Below, one piece after another: positions 38,323 through 48,651 of a stretch of 64,000 nt of DNA. The translations under genes and the position numbers were made by a program. Under the pieces are notes generated by a model. The model saw only the letters and a list, made by a program, of their open reading frames with translations. It was not told the origin of the DNA and did no database searches. Each line of letters starts with the position of its first letter. Position 1 is the first letter of the stretch. Source of the stretch: an uncultured Candidatus Saccharibacteria bacterium (GTDB taxonomy: Bacteria > Patescibacteriota > Minisyncoccia > Phycocordibacterales > UBA2100); NCBI GenBank assembly GCA_964471165.1, contig CAYYEX010000001.1, positions 129,037 to 193,036 on the forward strand. The letters are read 5' to 3'.

Positions 38323-40572
38323 ATGGAGCCCCAAAACGACAGCCCTGAGAGAGAGCCATTCCGAGCCCCAGAGGCCTTCCTGAAGCCGTATAACCCCGCT
38401 GAGCGGGAGCCTGAGATGCTTGCGCTCTGGGACAAGGCCGGGTACGCCAACCCCGATGTAATGGTCAAAAAGGGGCTTGTAGCGGCAGATGCCCCCGCCT
38501 ACTCAATCGTCCTACCTCCACCCAACGTAACTGGCACACTCCACATGGGGCACGCCGCCATGCTCGCCATCGAAGATGTCCTCATCCGCTACCACCGTAT
38601 GAAAGGTTTCAAAACTCTGTGGGTGCCGGGTACCGATTCCGCGGCAATCGCGACACAATCAAAAGTAGAGAAAGATATCCAAAAAAGCGAAGGAAAATCG
38701 CGTCACGACCTCGGTCGCGAAGAACTGCTCAAGCGCATTGAAGCGTTTACCGAGGAGAGCAAAACGACCATCATCAATCAAACGAAAAAAATGGGGTCAT
38801 CTCTCGATTGGAGCCGCTACGCATACACGATGGATGAGAAGCGATATGCGGCGGTGATGGAAGCATTTGTACGCATGTATGACGCAGGACTCATTTACCG
38901 TGGCAACCGCATCATCAATTGGGACCCTAAGGGTCAGACTACAATTTCCGACGACGAGATTGTTCGCGAGGAGCGTATGGCAAATTTAGTAACCTTCAAG
39001 TACGCGAAAGATTTCCCTATTCCTGTTTCAACGACGCGTCTTGAAACTAAGGTCGGCGATACTGCCGTGGCCGTACATCCCGATGACGCACGGTATAAAG
39101 AATTTATCGGCAAAGAATATGATGTCGTATTTGTAGACGTCCCACTCCATATCAAGATAGTTGCCGATGAGTCCGTCGACCCGGCATTCGGTACCGGCGC
39201 GCTTGGCGTGACGCCCGCGCACAGCCAGACAGACTGGGAAATCGCTGACCGTCACAAACTTCCTCGCCCGCAAGTAATAAATGAGTACGCGAAAATGATG
39301 ATACCCGGCGCGCTCAACGGTAAAAAAGTACTTGATGCACGGGAATACATAATTGAGTGGCTAAAACAGCAAGGGTTACTAATCGCAGAGGAGCACACGT
39401 TACAAAATGTCTCGACGGCCGAGCGCACTGGCGGCATCATCGAGCCTTTGCCGAAACTCCAGTGGTTTATCGATGTGAATAAGCCAATCGCGTCGCGTGG
39501 CAATAAAAGTCTGAAGGAATTGATGCGCGAAGCGGTGTCTTCCGGTGAAGTGAAAATAATGCCGGAGCGATTTGAAAAAATTTATTTCCACTGGATCGAC
39601 AATCTTCGCGATTGGTGCATCTCGCGCCAAATCTGGTTTGGTCACCGTATTCCCGCATGGACCAAAGTGAAAACGCTCAGCGACGGCACAAAAATCTACG
39701 ATGCGGAACGCGTTGAAGATATACAGATCCATGTTGGCATACATCCACCCACTGAAGGTGAATGGGAACAGGATTCCGATACACTTGATACATGGTTCTC
39801 GGCGGGACTCTGGACGATGACAACGCTTGGCTGGCCCGATGACACAGTCGACCTACAGACATATCACCCGACAACTGTGCTCGAAACCGGCTATGACATT
39901 CTTTTCTTCTGGGTCGCGCGCATGGTACTCATGAGCAAATTCTTACTCAACACCGTCCCCTTTCGCAATGTCTACTTGCACGGACTCGTGCGCGACGGGC
40001 AAGGCCGCAAAATGTCCAAGAGTCTCGGCAACATCATCGACCCGCTCGACATGACGCAAAAGTACGGAGCCGATGCCACGCGCCTCTCACTCATCTTTGG
40101 TGCACAAATGGGCAACGACGTAAAACTCTCCGAAGACCGCATTCGTGGTTTCAAAAACTTTGCCAACAAACTCTGGAACATCACCCGCTTCGTTCTCGAA
40201 AACACATCAGAATTCGACCCGAGCGCAACGCTTGTCGAAGCGGATGCACAACTCATCAAAGAGGCTGAAGCCGTTGCCGCGAGTGTAACCAACCACATCG
40301 ATACGTTCCGACTCGATTTGGCTGCCGACGAGGTCTACCATTATGTGTGGGATCGTTTTGCTGCCGAGATACTGGAGGAGTCAAAACCAATCTTCCGCTC
40401 CGTGGGCGGGGCAGAAAAGAAATCGCGCGAGCGAGCCCTCACCGAAATCCTTTCGATTTCGCTGCGTCTGCTGCACCCGCTTATGCCATTTGTCACCGAA
40501 ACCATTTGGCAGCATCTTCCCCACAAATCGTCGGAACAGCTCATGATTGCGAAGTGGCCTACGGTACAATAG
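38323..40572 (+). CDS. valS: valyl-tRNA synthetase (short form lacking C-terminal coiled coil)
   Basis: class I HIGH region PPPNVTGTLHMGHA, KMSKSLGN; ValRS-type editing/CP1 region. Confidence 0.85.
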   Translation: MEPQNDSPEREPFRAPEAFLKPYNPAEREPEMLALWDKAGYANPDVMVKKGLVAADAPAYSIVLPPPNVTGTLHMGHAAMLAIEDVLIRYHRMKGFKTLWVPGTDSAAIATQSKVEKDIQKSEGKSRHDLGREELLKRIEAFTEESKTTIINQTKKMGSSLDWSRYAYTMDEKRYAAVMEAFVRMYDAGLIYRGNRIINWDPKGQTTISDDEIVREERMANLVTFKYAKDFPIPVSTTRLETKVGDTAVAVHPDDARYKEFIGKEYDVVFVDVPLHIKIVADESVDPAFGTGALGVTPAHSQTDWEIADRHKLPRPQVINEYAKMMIPGALNGKKVLDAREYIIEWLKQQGLLIAEEHTLQNVSTAERTGGIIEPLPKLQWFIDVNKPIASRGNKSLKELMREAVSSGEVKIMPERFEKIYFHWIDNLRDWCISRQIWFGHRIPAWTKVKTLSDGTKIYDAERVEDIQIHVGIHPPTEGEWEQDSDTLDTWFSAGLWTMTTLGWPDDTVDLQTYHPTTVLETGYDILFFWVARMVLMSKFLLNTVPFRNVYLHGLVRDGQGRKMSKSLGNIIDPLDMTQKYGADATRLSLIFGAQMGNDVKLSEDRIRGFKNFANKLWNITRFVLENTSEFDPSATLVEADAQLIKEAEAVAASVTNHIDTFRLDLAADEVYHYVWDRFAAEILEESKPIFRSVGGAEKKSRERALTEILSISLRLLHPLMPFVTETIWQHLPHKSSEQLMIAKWPTVQ

Positions 40573-40576
40573 AACA

Positions 40577-41299
40577 ATGACAGGGCTTGAAGCCGTCGTA
40601 GCAGCCGCCGCAGGCGGTGTTTTGCCGGCGCTCGCATGGCTCTGGTTCTGGCGTCGCGAAGATTCAGCACACCCAGAACCACGTCGACTCATCGCGCTGG
40701 CGTTTCTTGCAGGCATGCTCAGCGTTGCAGTAGTTATTCCGATAGAGCGTTTTGTGCAGGGAGTGGTCAACGACTTCACCATGCCGCTATTCATCTTCTC
40801 GGCACAAACACTCGTTTTCACCGCATGGTCGTTTATTGAGGAGCTAACCAAGTTCTTTGCCGCGCGCCTCACCGTGCTCAAGCGACGCGAAAACGACGAA
40901 CCAATAGACCCGGTTATATACATGGTGGCCGTCGCGCTCGGCTTTGCTGCCGCAGAAAACACACTTTTTTTGCTGAGCCCAATAGGTGGCGATACATTCG
41001 TACAAACATTCATCACCGGGAACCTCCGCTTTATAGGGGCAACGCTCTTGCACGTGCTTTCATCAGCCGTTATCGGTGTAGCGCTTGCCCTTTCGTTCTA
41101 CGCTTCCAAGCGAATCAAGCGCCGTTACACACTCTATGGAGTTATCCTCGCATGCCTTTTGCACAGTGCGTTCAACTTTTTTATACTTAATACAGCGGAA
41201 GAAAGTTTATTCCGCACATTTTCTTTTGTATGGCTGGGGGTAATTGGGCTCCTTGCGGTGCTAGAATACATTAAACGAATCCATCCGCGTTGGCGCTGA
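40577..41299 (+). CDS. PrsW-family intramembrane protease-like protein
   Basis: multi-TM; EELTKF (EExxK), FxxxH and HSAFN motifs of PrsW/CAAX-like proteases. Confidence 0.55.
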   Translation: MTGLEAVVAAAAGGVLPALAWLWFWRREDSAHPEPRRLIALAFLAGMLSVAVVIPIERFVQGVVNDFTMPLFIFSAQTLVFTAWSFIEELTKFFAARLTVLKRRENDEPIDPVIYMVAVALGFAAAENTLFLLSPIGGDTFVQTFITGNLRFIGATLLHVLSSAVIGVALALSFYASKRIKRRYTLYGVILACLLHSAFNFFILNTAEESLFRTFSFVWLGVIGLLAVLEYIKRIHPRWR

Positions 41300-41312
41300 G
41301 CTATTTATCCGA

Positions 41313-41831
41313 ATGCACGTATCCATGATTAAAAAACCCTCATTTTTCTCGAAAATAACCGGTAGCGCAGATAACGCCGAATACGACGACTATTACGCTG
41401 AGCAGCAGGCTGAGCGTGTACCAATGGAAACCAAGGGGGCTGAGCGTCACGTGCGTTTTAATACAGCAGCCGAACACGGCGATGCGCAAGAAGCAGATCC
41501 AGGTGGCGAGCTTGCTGTCGATGTGTACCAGACCAATGATGCCATCGTTGTAAAAGCGCTGATTGCAGGCGTGCAGCCGTCATCCATTGATATCGCACTC
41601 ACCCGCGAAATGCTCACCATTACTGGCTCGCGAGCAGACGAAAAAGAAGTAGAAGAAGATGGCTACTACCAGCGCGAGCTCTACTGGGGTTCATTCACCC
41701 GCACTATCCTCTTGCCCGAAGAAGTCGATGTGGACATGGCCGAAGCATCCGAAAAGCACGGCGTGCTTATGATTAGGTTGCCTAAAATAAACAAAAAAAG
41801 ACAGACGAGGCTTAAAGTGAGGGCTCGCTAA
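41313..41831 (+). CDS. Hsp20/alpha-crystallin family small heat-shock protein
   Basis: alpha-crystallin domain VDVYQTNDAIVVKALIAGV...REL...GSFTRTILLPEEVD...GVLMIRLPK. Confidence 0.8.
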   Translation: MHVSMIKKPSFFSKITGSADNAEYDDYYAEQQAERVPMETKGAERHVRFNTAAEHGDAQEADPGGELAVDVYQTNDAIVVKALIAGVQPSSIDIALTREMLTITGSRADEKEVEEDGYYQRELYWGSFTRTILLPEEVDVDMAEASEKHGVLMIRLPKINKKRQTRLKVRAR

Positions 41832-41838
41832 CGATAAA

Positions 41839-41890
41839 CCCCGAGATTCTCCGGGGTCACGCCCGGCAAGGCATTCTTGCCTCGACAATA
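41839..41890 (+). repeat. dispersed REP/MITE-like element, short form (copy a)
   Basis: ccccgagattctccggggtcacgcccggcaaggcatt...gcctcg; aligns with copies at 47167 and 56347. Confidence 0.6.
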
Positions 41891-41970
41891 CTTTGCCGGG
41901 CCGGACCTACTTGGTGCCGAGGCGCGGCAAGAAGCGACAAACGCGCCTCAAGGTTCGTGCGCGATAAATA

Positions 41971-42001
41971 AAAACGCCCGGCAACCGACCGGGCGTTTTT
42001 T
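41971..42001. terminator. bidirectional intrinsic terminator
   Basis: A-run, ACGCCCGG-CAACCGA-CCGGGCGT, T-run. Confidence 0.7.
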
Positions 42002-42019
42002 CACAGCCCGCACGCGGGC

Positions 42020-42529
42020 TCAACTCATATAGGCAAATCGCCGAAGAACGGGTTCAATATCAGTGCGCCCATAATCATGCAAACACACACGGTTATTGAG
42101 CAAGCTCATCTGGTCGTATCGCAGGACATCCTGCTCCACATGCGAACCTGCAACGAGCGTGTGGAAGCGAAAGCGACGAACGTCGTCTGCCGTTGCTGGC
42201 TCCCCGCGCACCTGCACGTTCACAACCCAGAGGAACGTGAAAATGGTCGGGACGAGGTCGCACTGCGGATACTTTTTCCAAAGTCTCCATTCTTGATAGT
42301 TGGCGATGATTCCGTAGCAGAAGTATATGACGACTGCCCAATACGGATTCACGTGTGTTACGACAAGCCGTTCGCGAAACCCCTTATTTTCCATGCGGAA
42401 GAGGCGCTTCACTGGCCGGATAATCGGCACGCGCGCAAACTTGATTGCATAGCGCTCTGTCAATATTACGAATCGTGTGGCACCTTGATTGGCTATCTGC
42501 ACGAGCGTTACTCCCTGCTCATCGAGCAA
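42020..42529 (-). CDS. hypothetical protein
   Basis: 169-aa ORF; weak resemblance to a kinase-like catalytic loop (LHDYGRTD), not reliable. Confidence 0.35.
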   Translation of the reverse strand: MLDEQGVTLVQIANQGATRFVILTERYAIKFARVPIIRPVKRLFRMENKGFRERLVVTHVNPYWAVVIYFCYGIIANYQEWRLWKKYPQCDLVPTIFTFLWVVNVQVRGEPATADDVRRFRFHTLVAGSHVEQDVLRYDQMSLLNNRVCLHDYGRTDIEPVLRRFAYMS

Positions 42530-43121
42530 TTCGCATAGAGGTACGGTTCAACGTCGCCTGCGTTTTACGAATATCGCTCAGGAGCTCAACAAACAGTTCT
42601 GCTGAATCCTGTTTGAAGTGCTTTGCCAGCGCTGCCCTGCCCTGCACATCGCGAGCTGCTTCGTTGAGTACCAGCGTAAGCAGATTGATACGCGCTTCAC
42701 GCTCATACTTTTTCGCCATGACCGAATCCCGGTCCTTGTTGTAGCGCGCAATCGCATGTGCAAGACACGGATTGTTCTCCGGCAAACACACGGCCAGATT
42801 CAGCACGAGTTCCATCTCGAGCCCCTTGAGGTCGAGCGGCTGCTCTATCGGCGGTGGGAACATGATGTTCTTTGCCACCTCTTGTAATTCTGCCTGGTGC
42901 AAAAACGCAAGAACGAGCACCCCAGTGGTCGCGAACACGGCAACCAAACCGCTGATAAGGCCGTTGAGTAGCGCAAATCCGATATAACGCATGGCGCGTC
43001 CTTCCTCGAGGAACATTATCCCGACGAAACTATGCTCTCGCTCGGGGAGAAGGTCAATCACAACACGACGCCGGACTTTCGTCCGGCGTTGTTCATGTGG
43101 GTGTGGCCCGCTACAGACCAC
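42519..43121 (-). CDS. hypothetical membrane protein
   Basis: 200-aa ORF; probable internal start at MRYIGFALLNGLISGLVAVF (TM helix). Confidence 0.3.
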   Translation of the reverse strand: MVCSGPHPHEQRRTKVRRRVVIDLLPEREHSFVGIMFLEEGRAMRYIGFALLNGLISGLVAVFATTGVLVLAFLHQAELQEVAKNIMFPPPIEQPLDLKGLEMELVLNLAVCLPENNPCLAHAIARYNKDRDSVMAKKYEREARINLLTLVLNEAARDVQGRAALAKHFKQDSAELFVELLSDIRKTQATLNRTSMRIAR

Positions 43122-44058
43122 CTTCTTTTAAAACGGACAGAACGCATCCATAGGCAAATCCACACGCTTCGAGGGGGATTGCATGTGTTGGCACGATGCC
43201 AACCTTGTGCACTTTGGTACCGGGCCCATCGGGGTAGAACTTGGCATGTATGAACCACTCGCCACAGGTGAGCCACAAAGAGAACTCCCCGATTTCCCGC
43301 TTGCACTGCAGTGTTGCTTTGCCAAACGATGTTGTGCCGACGATGCTGCACTTTTCAGGTTGCCATTCAAAGCAAACCACTGCCACCATCCACTCGGAAG
43401 CCGATGCGCTCCCGCCGTTGATTAAAAACACAACGTCGAGTCCTGCAAAGTCGCCAAGCATCGTTGTGCGGTGGGTTCCCTTTTCTGGAGTCTCCGGCCC
43501 AACATGTTTCAGAAATACGAGCTGCGATTTCGGCGAAAACAGTCTATCTGTCACTCTACGAAGTTCGTCAACACCTCCTCCTGGATTCGAACGCAAGTCC
43601 ACAACAACCTTTTTGACCCGTAGTCGTGCGTTGAGTCCGATACGAATGAGCTCTTTCTCAAGCTGCTCGGCGGTATTTCGAAACTTTGGAATGCGAATAA
43701 ACAAATACTCGCCGATAAGCTCCAAGCGCACACGTTCGCCCGCGATAGTGTCAATGAGTGAGGCGCCCGCCGCACGCACATCTTTCAGGAGCGTCGAGTA
43801 TTCATCGAGGCAATGTACCGTGCGCAACTCGGACTCAATTCGAGCACGTGCGTCTGGACTGAGCAACCTGAGCGAAACATCGCGCGCAGCCATGCCACGC
43901 ATCAAACGCACGCAGCGAGCAACATCTTCTTTCGGTGCATGTCGCGTGGTCTCGTACGTTGCTATGAACCGGTCAAACGGTGCTACGTCGCGCAAAGCTT
44001 GAGCGTGTGTGCCACAGCTCAAAATCATTCCAACGAGAACATATGCGAATAGTCGCAT
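43111..44058 (-). CDS. S41-family C-terminal processing peptidase
   Basis: signal peptide MRLFAYVLVGMILSCGTHAQA; catalytic Ser region INGGSASASEW. Confidence 0.75.
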   Translation of the reverse strand: MRLFAYVLVGMILSCGTHAQALRDVAPFDRFIATYETTRHAPKEDVARCVRLMRGMAARDVSLRLLSPDARARIESELRTVHCLDEYSTLLKDVRAAGASLIDTIAGERVRLELIGEYLFIRIPKFRNTAEQLEKELIRIGLNARLRVKKVVVDLRSNPGGGVDELRRVTDRLFSPKSQLVFLKHVGPETPEKGTHRTTMLGDFAGLDVVFLINGGSASASEWMVAVVCFEWQPEKCSIVGTTSFGKATLQCKREIGEFSLWLTCGEWFIHAKFYPDGPGTKVHKVGIVPTHAIPLEACGFAYGCVLSVLKEGGL

Positions 44059-44134
44059 TGTCGGCCCTCCCAATAAACCATATATCCCACGTCATCGTAC
44101 CGATAAATCCGCCTCGTGCGCAAGCGCAACCACC

Positions 44135-47100
44135 TTAGCTCGAAATAGGGGTCACTTCCGTGAGCGCGCGCAGCGCGCATTCTCTGCAATCATCTTTTTT
44201 ACATCCGGCATCCCAGAATGAAAGCGAATAAATTTCTCCGGCCACACGCGCAATCGTTCGCTTTAGTTCCGCCACTGCCGCTTCATCATATTCAAAATCG
44301 TGAACCACGGTTTTTCCTGCTGGATTTGGCTCGATAAACTCGAGGCTCAGTTTGTCCGGTCGCTGCATCTGCGAGAGCTCGAGTAGGATGCAGTAAAAGT
44401 CGAGCTGCCGTTTGTAGTTGCCGTCGGCATTTTTTGTCCCTCCCTCGATTTCGTTGCGGCTTTTGTGCTTGCCTGTTTTGTAGTCAATAACGCGCGTTGT
44501 GCCATCGCCTGAGAACTCAATCACATCAACGAGCCCGCGAAGCAACACTTGCGGAATCACGTTAGCTTCGAGCGGTAGGTACACCTCGAACTTCTTCTCG
44601 CACATCGCAGTAAACTCATAGCCGCGCTCGTTTCGTTCGTGCCAATCGGTAAGCGCGCGGATTCCTTTCTTGTGAGCATCCTCGTAAAGTGCCGGCGCAA
44701 ATCCCTGTCGGTCAATCGAAGTCTTGAGAAGCTCAAGGAGAACCGGGAGCGGTTGATACGTGTGCGTAGAAGCAGAAAGTTCCCGGAACAGCCGCAACGC
44801 GTTGTGAAGCGCGTTTCCGTACATAGAGCTCTGCGTCTGTTTTTCTGGTACGCGCACCAGGCTTCGGTAAAAATATTTCCACGGGCATTCCAAGTAGTTG
44901 TTGAGCGCTGTGGCCGATATGCCCTGCTCCAAAAACGCATCGCGCAAAAATTCTTTGTCGGTCATCGAGTCGGAGCGAAGCGGCATGATGGCAAATGCAT
45001 CTTGTGGTGCAACGGTTGCCTCGAAGGCTTCGGTATCGATTATCTGCACAAGCTGTGGGTCAACTTCGAGCATGAACTGCGTAATCGTGCTTTCGCGACT
45101 GCGCGTAGCAGATGCCACACCGTAGGAAACGGAGACATACTGTTTTGCACGCGTGAGCGCCACATAGAAAAGCCGGCGCTCATCTTCCACGTCTGTATCC
45201 TGTACAGTCGCGAGCGTTGAAAGCGGCAGATTATTGCGTGCCTGACGGTTTCCCCAATGTGCGTCGCGGGCATGCACAATAAACACGTATTCGTATTCAA
45301 GGCCCTTGCTGCGATGTGCGGTTACCAAATGCACGGCGTTTGAACGCTCTTTCGGCTGAGTGTCTGGTTCGATTTCGATACCATATTCCTCGTACAAACC
45401 AATGTCATTCACAAAGTCCTGGCCCGTGTAGAGCGTTTTTGTGGAGCTCAATGTTTCGAGCGTTTGCGCTAAACCGCGCACGGCATTGAGCACTGAGACA
45501 GCGTCTGTGCGTTTGAGTACATAGGAGAGGAATCCGCTTTCATGCAGTACGCGGTCAAAAAAGTCGCGTGCACTCTCTTCGTGCGCAATCTTTGCAAGCC
45601 GCAGCAGACTTTCGGCAAACGATGTGACTGCCGCCGTGTCGTACACCCGTGCGTCTTTGAGGTGCGCGCGCGAAGCAATTACATCCACATACGGTATGCG
45701 GTGCTTCTGCCCAAAGAGCAAAATCTTGTACGTGTCGTGCGACGAAACGCCCGACCACGGGAAATGCAGCGCGTGAGCAAGAAATTCGTCGCTCCCAATA
45801 TGCATACACAGACGCAAATACGTGACGAGTTGCGTAATCGTGTGGTCGTGGAAAATAGTGCTCTTCGAGTCGAGGGCGTGCAAAATACCTCGAAGCGAAA
45901 GTGCTCGCGAGATGCTCCGTGCGTCGGCATTAGTGCGATACATAATTGCAATATCTCCGGGCGCAACACCGCGCCCAATATGCTCGGCAACCGCTGCAAC
46001 AACCCAATTAATTTCCATCTCCTCGCTTGTGAACGCACGTTGCTCCAAGACAGCGTGCGAGGGCTCTTCAAGCTTGCTCTTGAGCTTTGGATGACGCTCC
46101 TCCGGAATTGATTCGCGCATGAGCGAGTGCGCAGCATCGAGCAACACACTCCCCGAACGGTATGAATCGACAAGCGCAATAAGTGTCGCTTTCGGGAAGT
46201 GTTTCTGGAAATACGAAAAACTGTCGAGGCTCGCTCCCTGGAATCGAAAAATGGCTTGCTTCTCGTCCCCCACGATGAAGAGGTTTGGTGAGTCGTGGAA
46301 CGAAGTGAGGAGTTCAAGGAGCTTGTTTTGCGAGCCATTGGCGTCTTGGTGCTCGTCGGCAAGTATGTAGAGATATTTCTCTTGCACCGCAAGGCGAAAT
46401 GATTCGTCGACTTCGAGTGCTCGCACTACCTCGCTAATCATGTCGTCGAAATCAAACTTACGCATTGCAGCGAGTTTTGTTTCATACCATTCGTACACAA
46501 GTCCCAGCTCGTGTTCTTTTTTTAACCTATCTATTTCGGTAACTACCGGGCCCTTTATCTTGCCCTTGTGTGCACCTTTTTGATGCACGGAATCCGGGTC
46601 GTTGGCGAGTTTCTCCAAACGCATCTCTGTGCCAGTGAGCACATCGTGCGGAGTTTTGTGTTCCCGCTTGAGGGTGCTGATGGCACTTTTTACTGACTGC
46701 ACATAAAAGTATGGGTCGCCAAAAGGTTTCAACTTCTCCAGCGGGAGCTCGGTGAGCGCCTCACGGATATACAGAATCGATTCAATATCGGTGAGTGCCA
46801 CGGAGCTAATGATGCGCGGAAAGTATTCTGGATGCGAATGAATTACATCGTTACAAAATCCATGGAACGTGTAGATGCCGACCTTGTATGCAGTTGGTCC
46901 TATCATCTTGAGGAGTCGCTGCTTCATTGCGTCAACCCCGGCTTCGGTAAACGTGAGCGCAAGCACACCATCCGGTGGCGTATCTGTTTTTGTGAGGATG
47001 TTGGCAATTCGTAATGTGAGAATGTGCGTCTTGCCTGTCCCCGGCCCGGCCACCACCATCACTGGCCCTTCGATGGTGTCGACCGCCTTTTTTTGCGCCG

Positions 47101-47149
47101 AGTTCAAGGTGGCGTAGTACTTTGCGAACTGCTGGTTGGAGTTCTGCAT
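44135..47149 (-). CDS. UvrD/PcrA-family helicase fused to C-terminal PD-(D/E)XK nuclease with Cys cluster (AddA/RecB-like single-chain helicase-nuclease)
   Basis: start at ATG 47149 (MQNSNQQF); Walker A AGPGTGKTH, helicase motifs, C-terminal DYKTGK...CKKDDCRECA. Confidence 0.85.
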   Translation of the reverse strand: MQNSNQQFAKYYATLNSAQKKAVDTIEGPVMVVAGPGTGKTHILTLRIANILTKTDTPPDGVLALTFTEAGVDAMKQRLLKMIGPTAYKVGIYTFHGFCNDVIHSHPEYFPRIISSVALTDIESILYIREALTELPLEKLKPFGDPYFYVQSVKSAISTLKREHKTPHDVLTGTEMRLEKLANDPDSVHQKGAHKGKIKGPVVTEIDRLKKEHELGLVYEWYETKLAAMRKFDFDDMISEVVRALEVDESFRLAVQEKYLYILADEHQDANGSQNKLLELLTSFHDSPNLFIVGDEKQAIFRFQGASLDSFSYFQKHFPKATLIALVDSYRSGSVLLDAAHSLMRESIPEERHPKLKSKLEEPSHAVLEQRAFTSEEMEINWVVAAVAEHIGRGVAPGDIAIMYRTNADARSISRALSLRGILHALDSKSTIFHDHTITQLVTYLRLCMHIGSDEFLAHALHFPWSGVSSHDTYKILLFGQKHRIPYVDVIASRAHLKDARVYDTAAVTSFAESLLRLAKIAHEESARDFFDRVLHESGFLSYVLKRTDAVSVLNAVRGLAQTLETLSSTKTLYTGQDFVNDIGLYEEYGIEIEPDTQPKERSNAVHLVTAHRSKGLEYEYVFIVHARDAHWGNRQARNNLPLSTLATVQDTDVEDERRLFYVALTRAKQYVSVSYGVASATRSRESTITQFMLEVDPQLVQIIDTEAFEATVAPQDAFAIMPLRSDSMTDKEFLRDAFLEQGISATALNNYLECPWKYFYRSLVRVPEKQTQSSMYGNALHNALRLFRELSASTHTYQPLPVLLELLKTSIDRQGFAPALYEDAHKKGIRALTDWHERNERGYEFTAMCEKKFEVYLPLEANVIPQVLLRGLVDVIEFSGDGTTRVIDYKTGKHKSRNEIEGGTKNADGNYKRQLDFYCILLELSQMQRPDKLSLEFIEPNPAGKTVVHDFEYDEAAVAELKRTIARVAGEIYSLSFWDAGCKKDDCRECALRALTEVTPISS

Positions 47150-47166
47150 AAGAGCGCCAGTATATC

Positions 47167-47210
47167 CCCGAGTTACACCGGGGTCACGCCCGGCAAGGCA
47201 TTGCCGAGGC
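47167..47210 (+). repeat. dispersed REP/MITE-like element, short form (copy b)
   Basis: ccccgagttacaccggggtcacgcccggcaaggcattgccgaggc. Confidence 0.6.
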
Positions 47211-47247
47211 AAGACAAAGCCGCGCCTGCGGTTTGTTTTGTTGGCCG

Positions 47248-47772
47248 ATGCAAGATAGCATCAGCCGTGTGAAAGCGTTTTCCGGCAGAATATTCAAAAT
47301 CGGCATCAATCCATGCCTCGTTCCCCCAGAGTCCGTCATGGAGGCGCTGTTTCAAGACGCGGGTAAACGCTCGGGAGCTATCCCCGTGTGCGGCACCCTC
47401 GAGGGCGCGCCCTACGTGCAAACACTCGTAAAGTTCTCTGGTAAATGGCGCTTCTATATCAACGGTCCCATGCTGAAAGCTTCGGGACTCCAAAACGGAG
47501 ATATGGCGCACGTTGCAATCGAATACGATGCTCGCTCGCGCACGGTGCCTCTTGGTGTGCAGCTCAAGGAAGCCTTGGCAAAAGACAAAGCCGCAAAAAA
47601 AGCATACGACGCACTTGCCCCACACCGCCAAAAAGAAATCAACCGCTATTTAACCGGTCTCAAGACCGAAGCGACATTGCAGCGAAACATTGTGGTCGTA
47701 GTCGACTCGCTTGCGGGCCGCGGCACCACCGGGCTCCATGCGCTCCTGCGCGTTGCGCGCACCGACGACTAG
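47248..47772 (+). CDS. DUF1905/YdeI-like protein
   Basis: start at MQDSISRVKAF; N-terminal DUF1905-like beta region (IFKIGINPCLVPP) and C-terminal YdeI-like helical region. Confidence 0.55.
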   Translation: MQDSISRVKAFSGRIFKIGINPCLVPPESVMEALFQDAGKRSGAIPVCGTLEGAPYVQTLVKFSGKWRFYINGPMLKASGLQNGDMAHVAIEYDARSRTVPLGVQLKEALAKDKAAKKAYDALAPHRQKEINRYLTGLKTEATLQRNIVVVVDSLAGRGTTGLHALLRVARTDD

Positions 47773-47861
47773 TCTGTCCACAGACGCGGCCATTTTTCGC
47801 AACAATATATCGTTTAGGATAAGAAACGGTCCGACGGACCATCCATCAATAACAAAAAGGA

Positions 47862-48086
47862 GTGTATTCCGTAATGTTATCGGCAATAAAAAAGCCTACG
47901 CCTTCCCTCTCGTTTCTCTTCTACCAAACCCTCATCGACTTCTCGTCATCACGATGGCTCCCTGTGTCGTTGCGTATTCATTGGGGAGTGTCGTTCACGC
48001 TCTCGTTCTTTGCGGGGGTGGCACTCATTCTCTGGGTGCTTTTGGGACTGAAGAAGAAACTGCAGGAAAGAAAGGCGTCCGTCTGA
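47862..48086 (+). CDS. small membrane protein
   Basis: 74 aa; AAGGAG RBS 9 nt upstream; 2 TM; followed by terminator. Confidence 0.45.
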   Translation: MYSVMLSAIKKPTPSLSFLFYQTLIDFSSSRWLPVSLRIHWGVSFTLSFFAGVALILWVLLGLKKKLQERKASV

Positions 48087-48100
48087 GCTCTTGATTACTC

Positions 48101-48145
48101 GGTCGCCCCTCGCCATTCACTTGAGGGGCGACCGTTTTGCTTTTG
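48101..48145. terminator. bidirectional intrinsic terminator
   Basis: GGTCGCCCCTC-11 nt-GAGGGGCGACC plus T-run. Confidence 0.65.
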
Positions 48146-48149
48146 AACA

Positions 48150-48569
48150 TTATCGTCGTCCCATAAAGTAGCCGAGAAACGCTGTAATTGAGACAATTAT
48201 GATCACAGCCAGGTAGGATTTTAAATCAGTGAGCGCCTCCAACCAATCCGGAGTCATAAGAAATAGTGAATATATGAATCCGAGCAGTGCACCTGACGCG
48301 AGCCCCGAAGGATGTTCTGGTCGCGAGGCACGCGCAAAGTAAAAAGAAGTGAGTCCGTACCAGATACACAGTATTCCGAGGAATAACCACGTGGAAAAGA
48401 AAACTCCAACATCGACACTGATACTCATTCGGACGACATCAGAAGAAAGTGCATAGGAGATACCAGAGAAAAGCATGATGACTTTCAATAAAAGCCATGT
48501 GCTCGCAAAAAGCAGTGCTCCCGCGATGAGCCCGCGTTTGTATTCAAACCCTTTGAGGGTCTCAATCAT
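48150..48569 (-). CDS. hypothetical membrane protein (4 TM)
   Basis: 139-aa hydrophobic ORF. Confidence 0.4.
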   Translation of the reverse strand: MIETLKGFEYKRGLIAGALLFASTWLLLKVIMLFSGISYALSSDVVRMSISVDVGVFFSTWLFLGILCIWYGLTSFYFARASRPEHPSGLASGALLGFIYSLFLMTPDWLEALTDLKSYLAVIIIVSITAFLGYFMGRR

Positions 48570-48651
48570 ATGTAGTGATTATGACATGGGCCGATTTGCA
48601 TTTGAGGCTTGCAACTGTAATATCTCGTGAGTCGACTTCGGAGAACGCTCC

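Noticed and set aside
45679-46392. 237-aa minus-strand ORF inside the helicase gene
   Set aside because: Alternative frame within the well-supported UvrD-family helicase. Arg/Ser-rich artefact.
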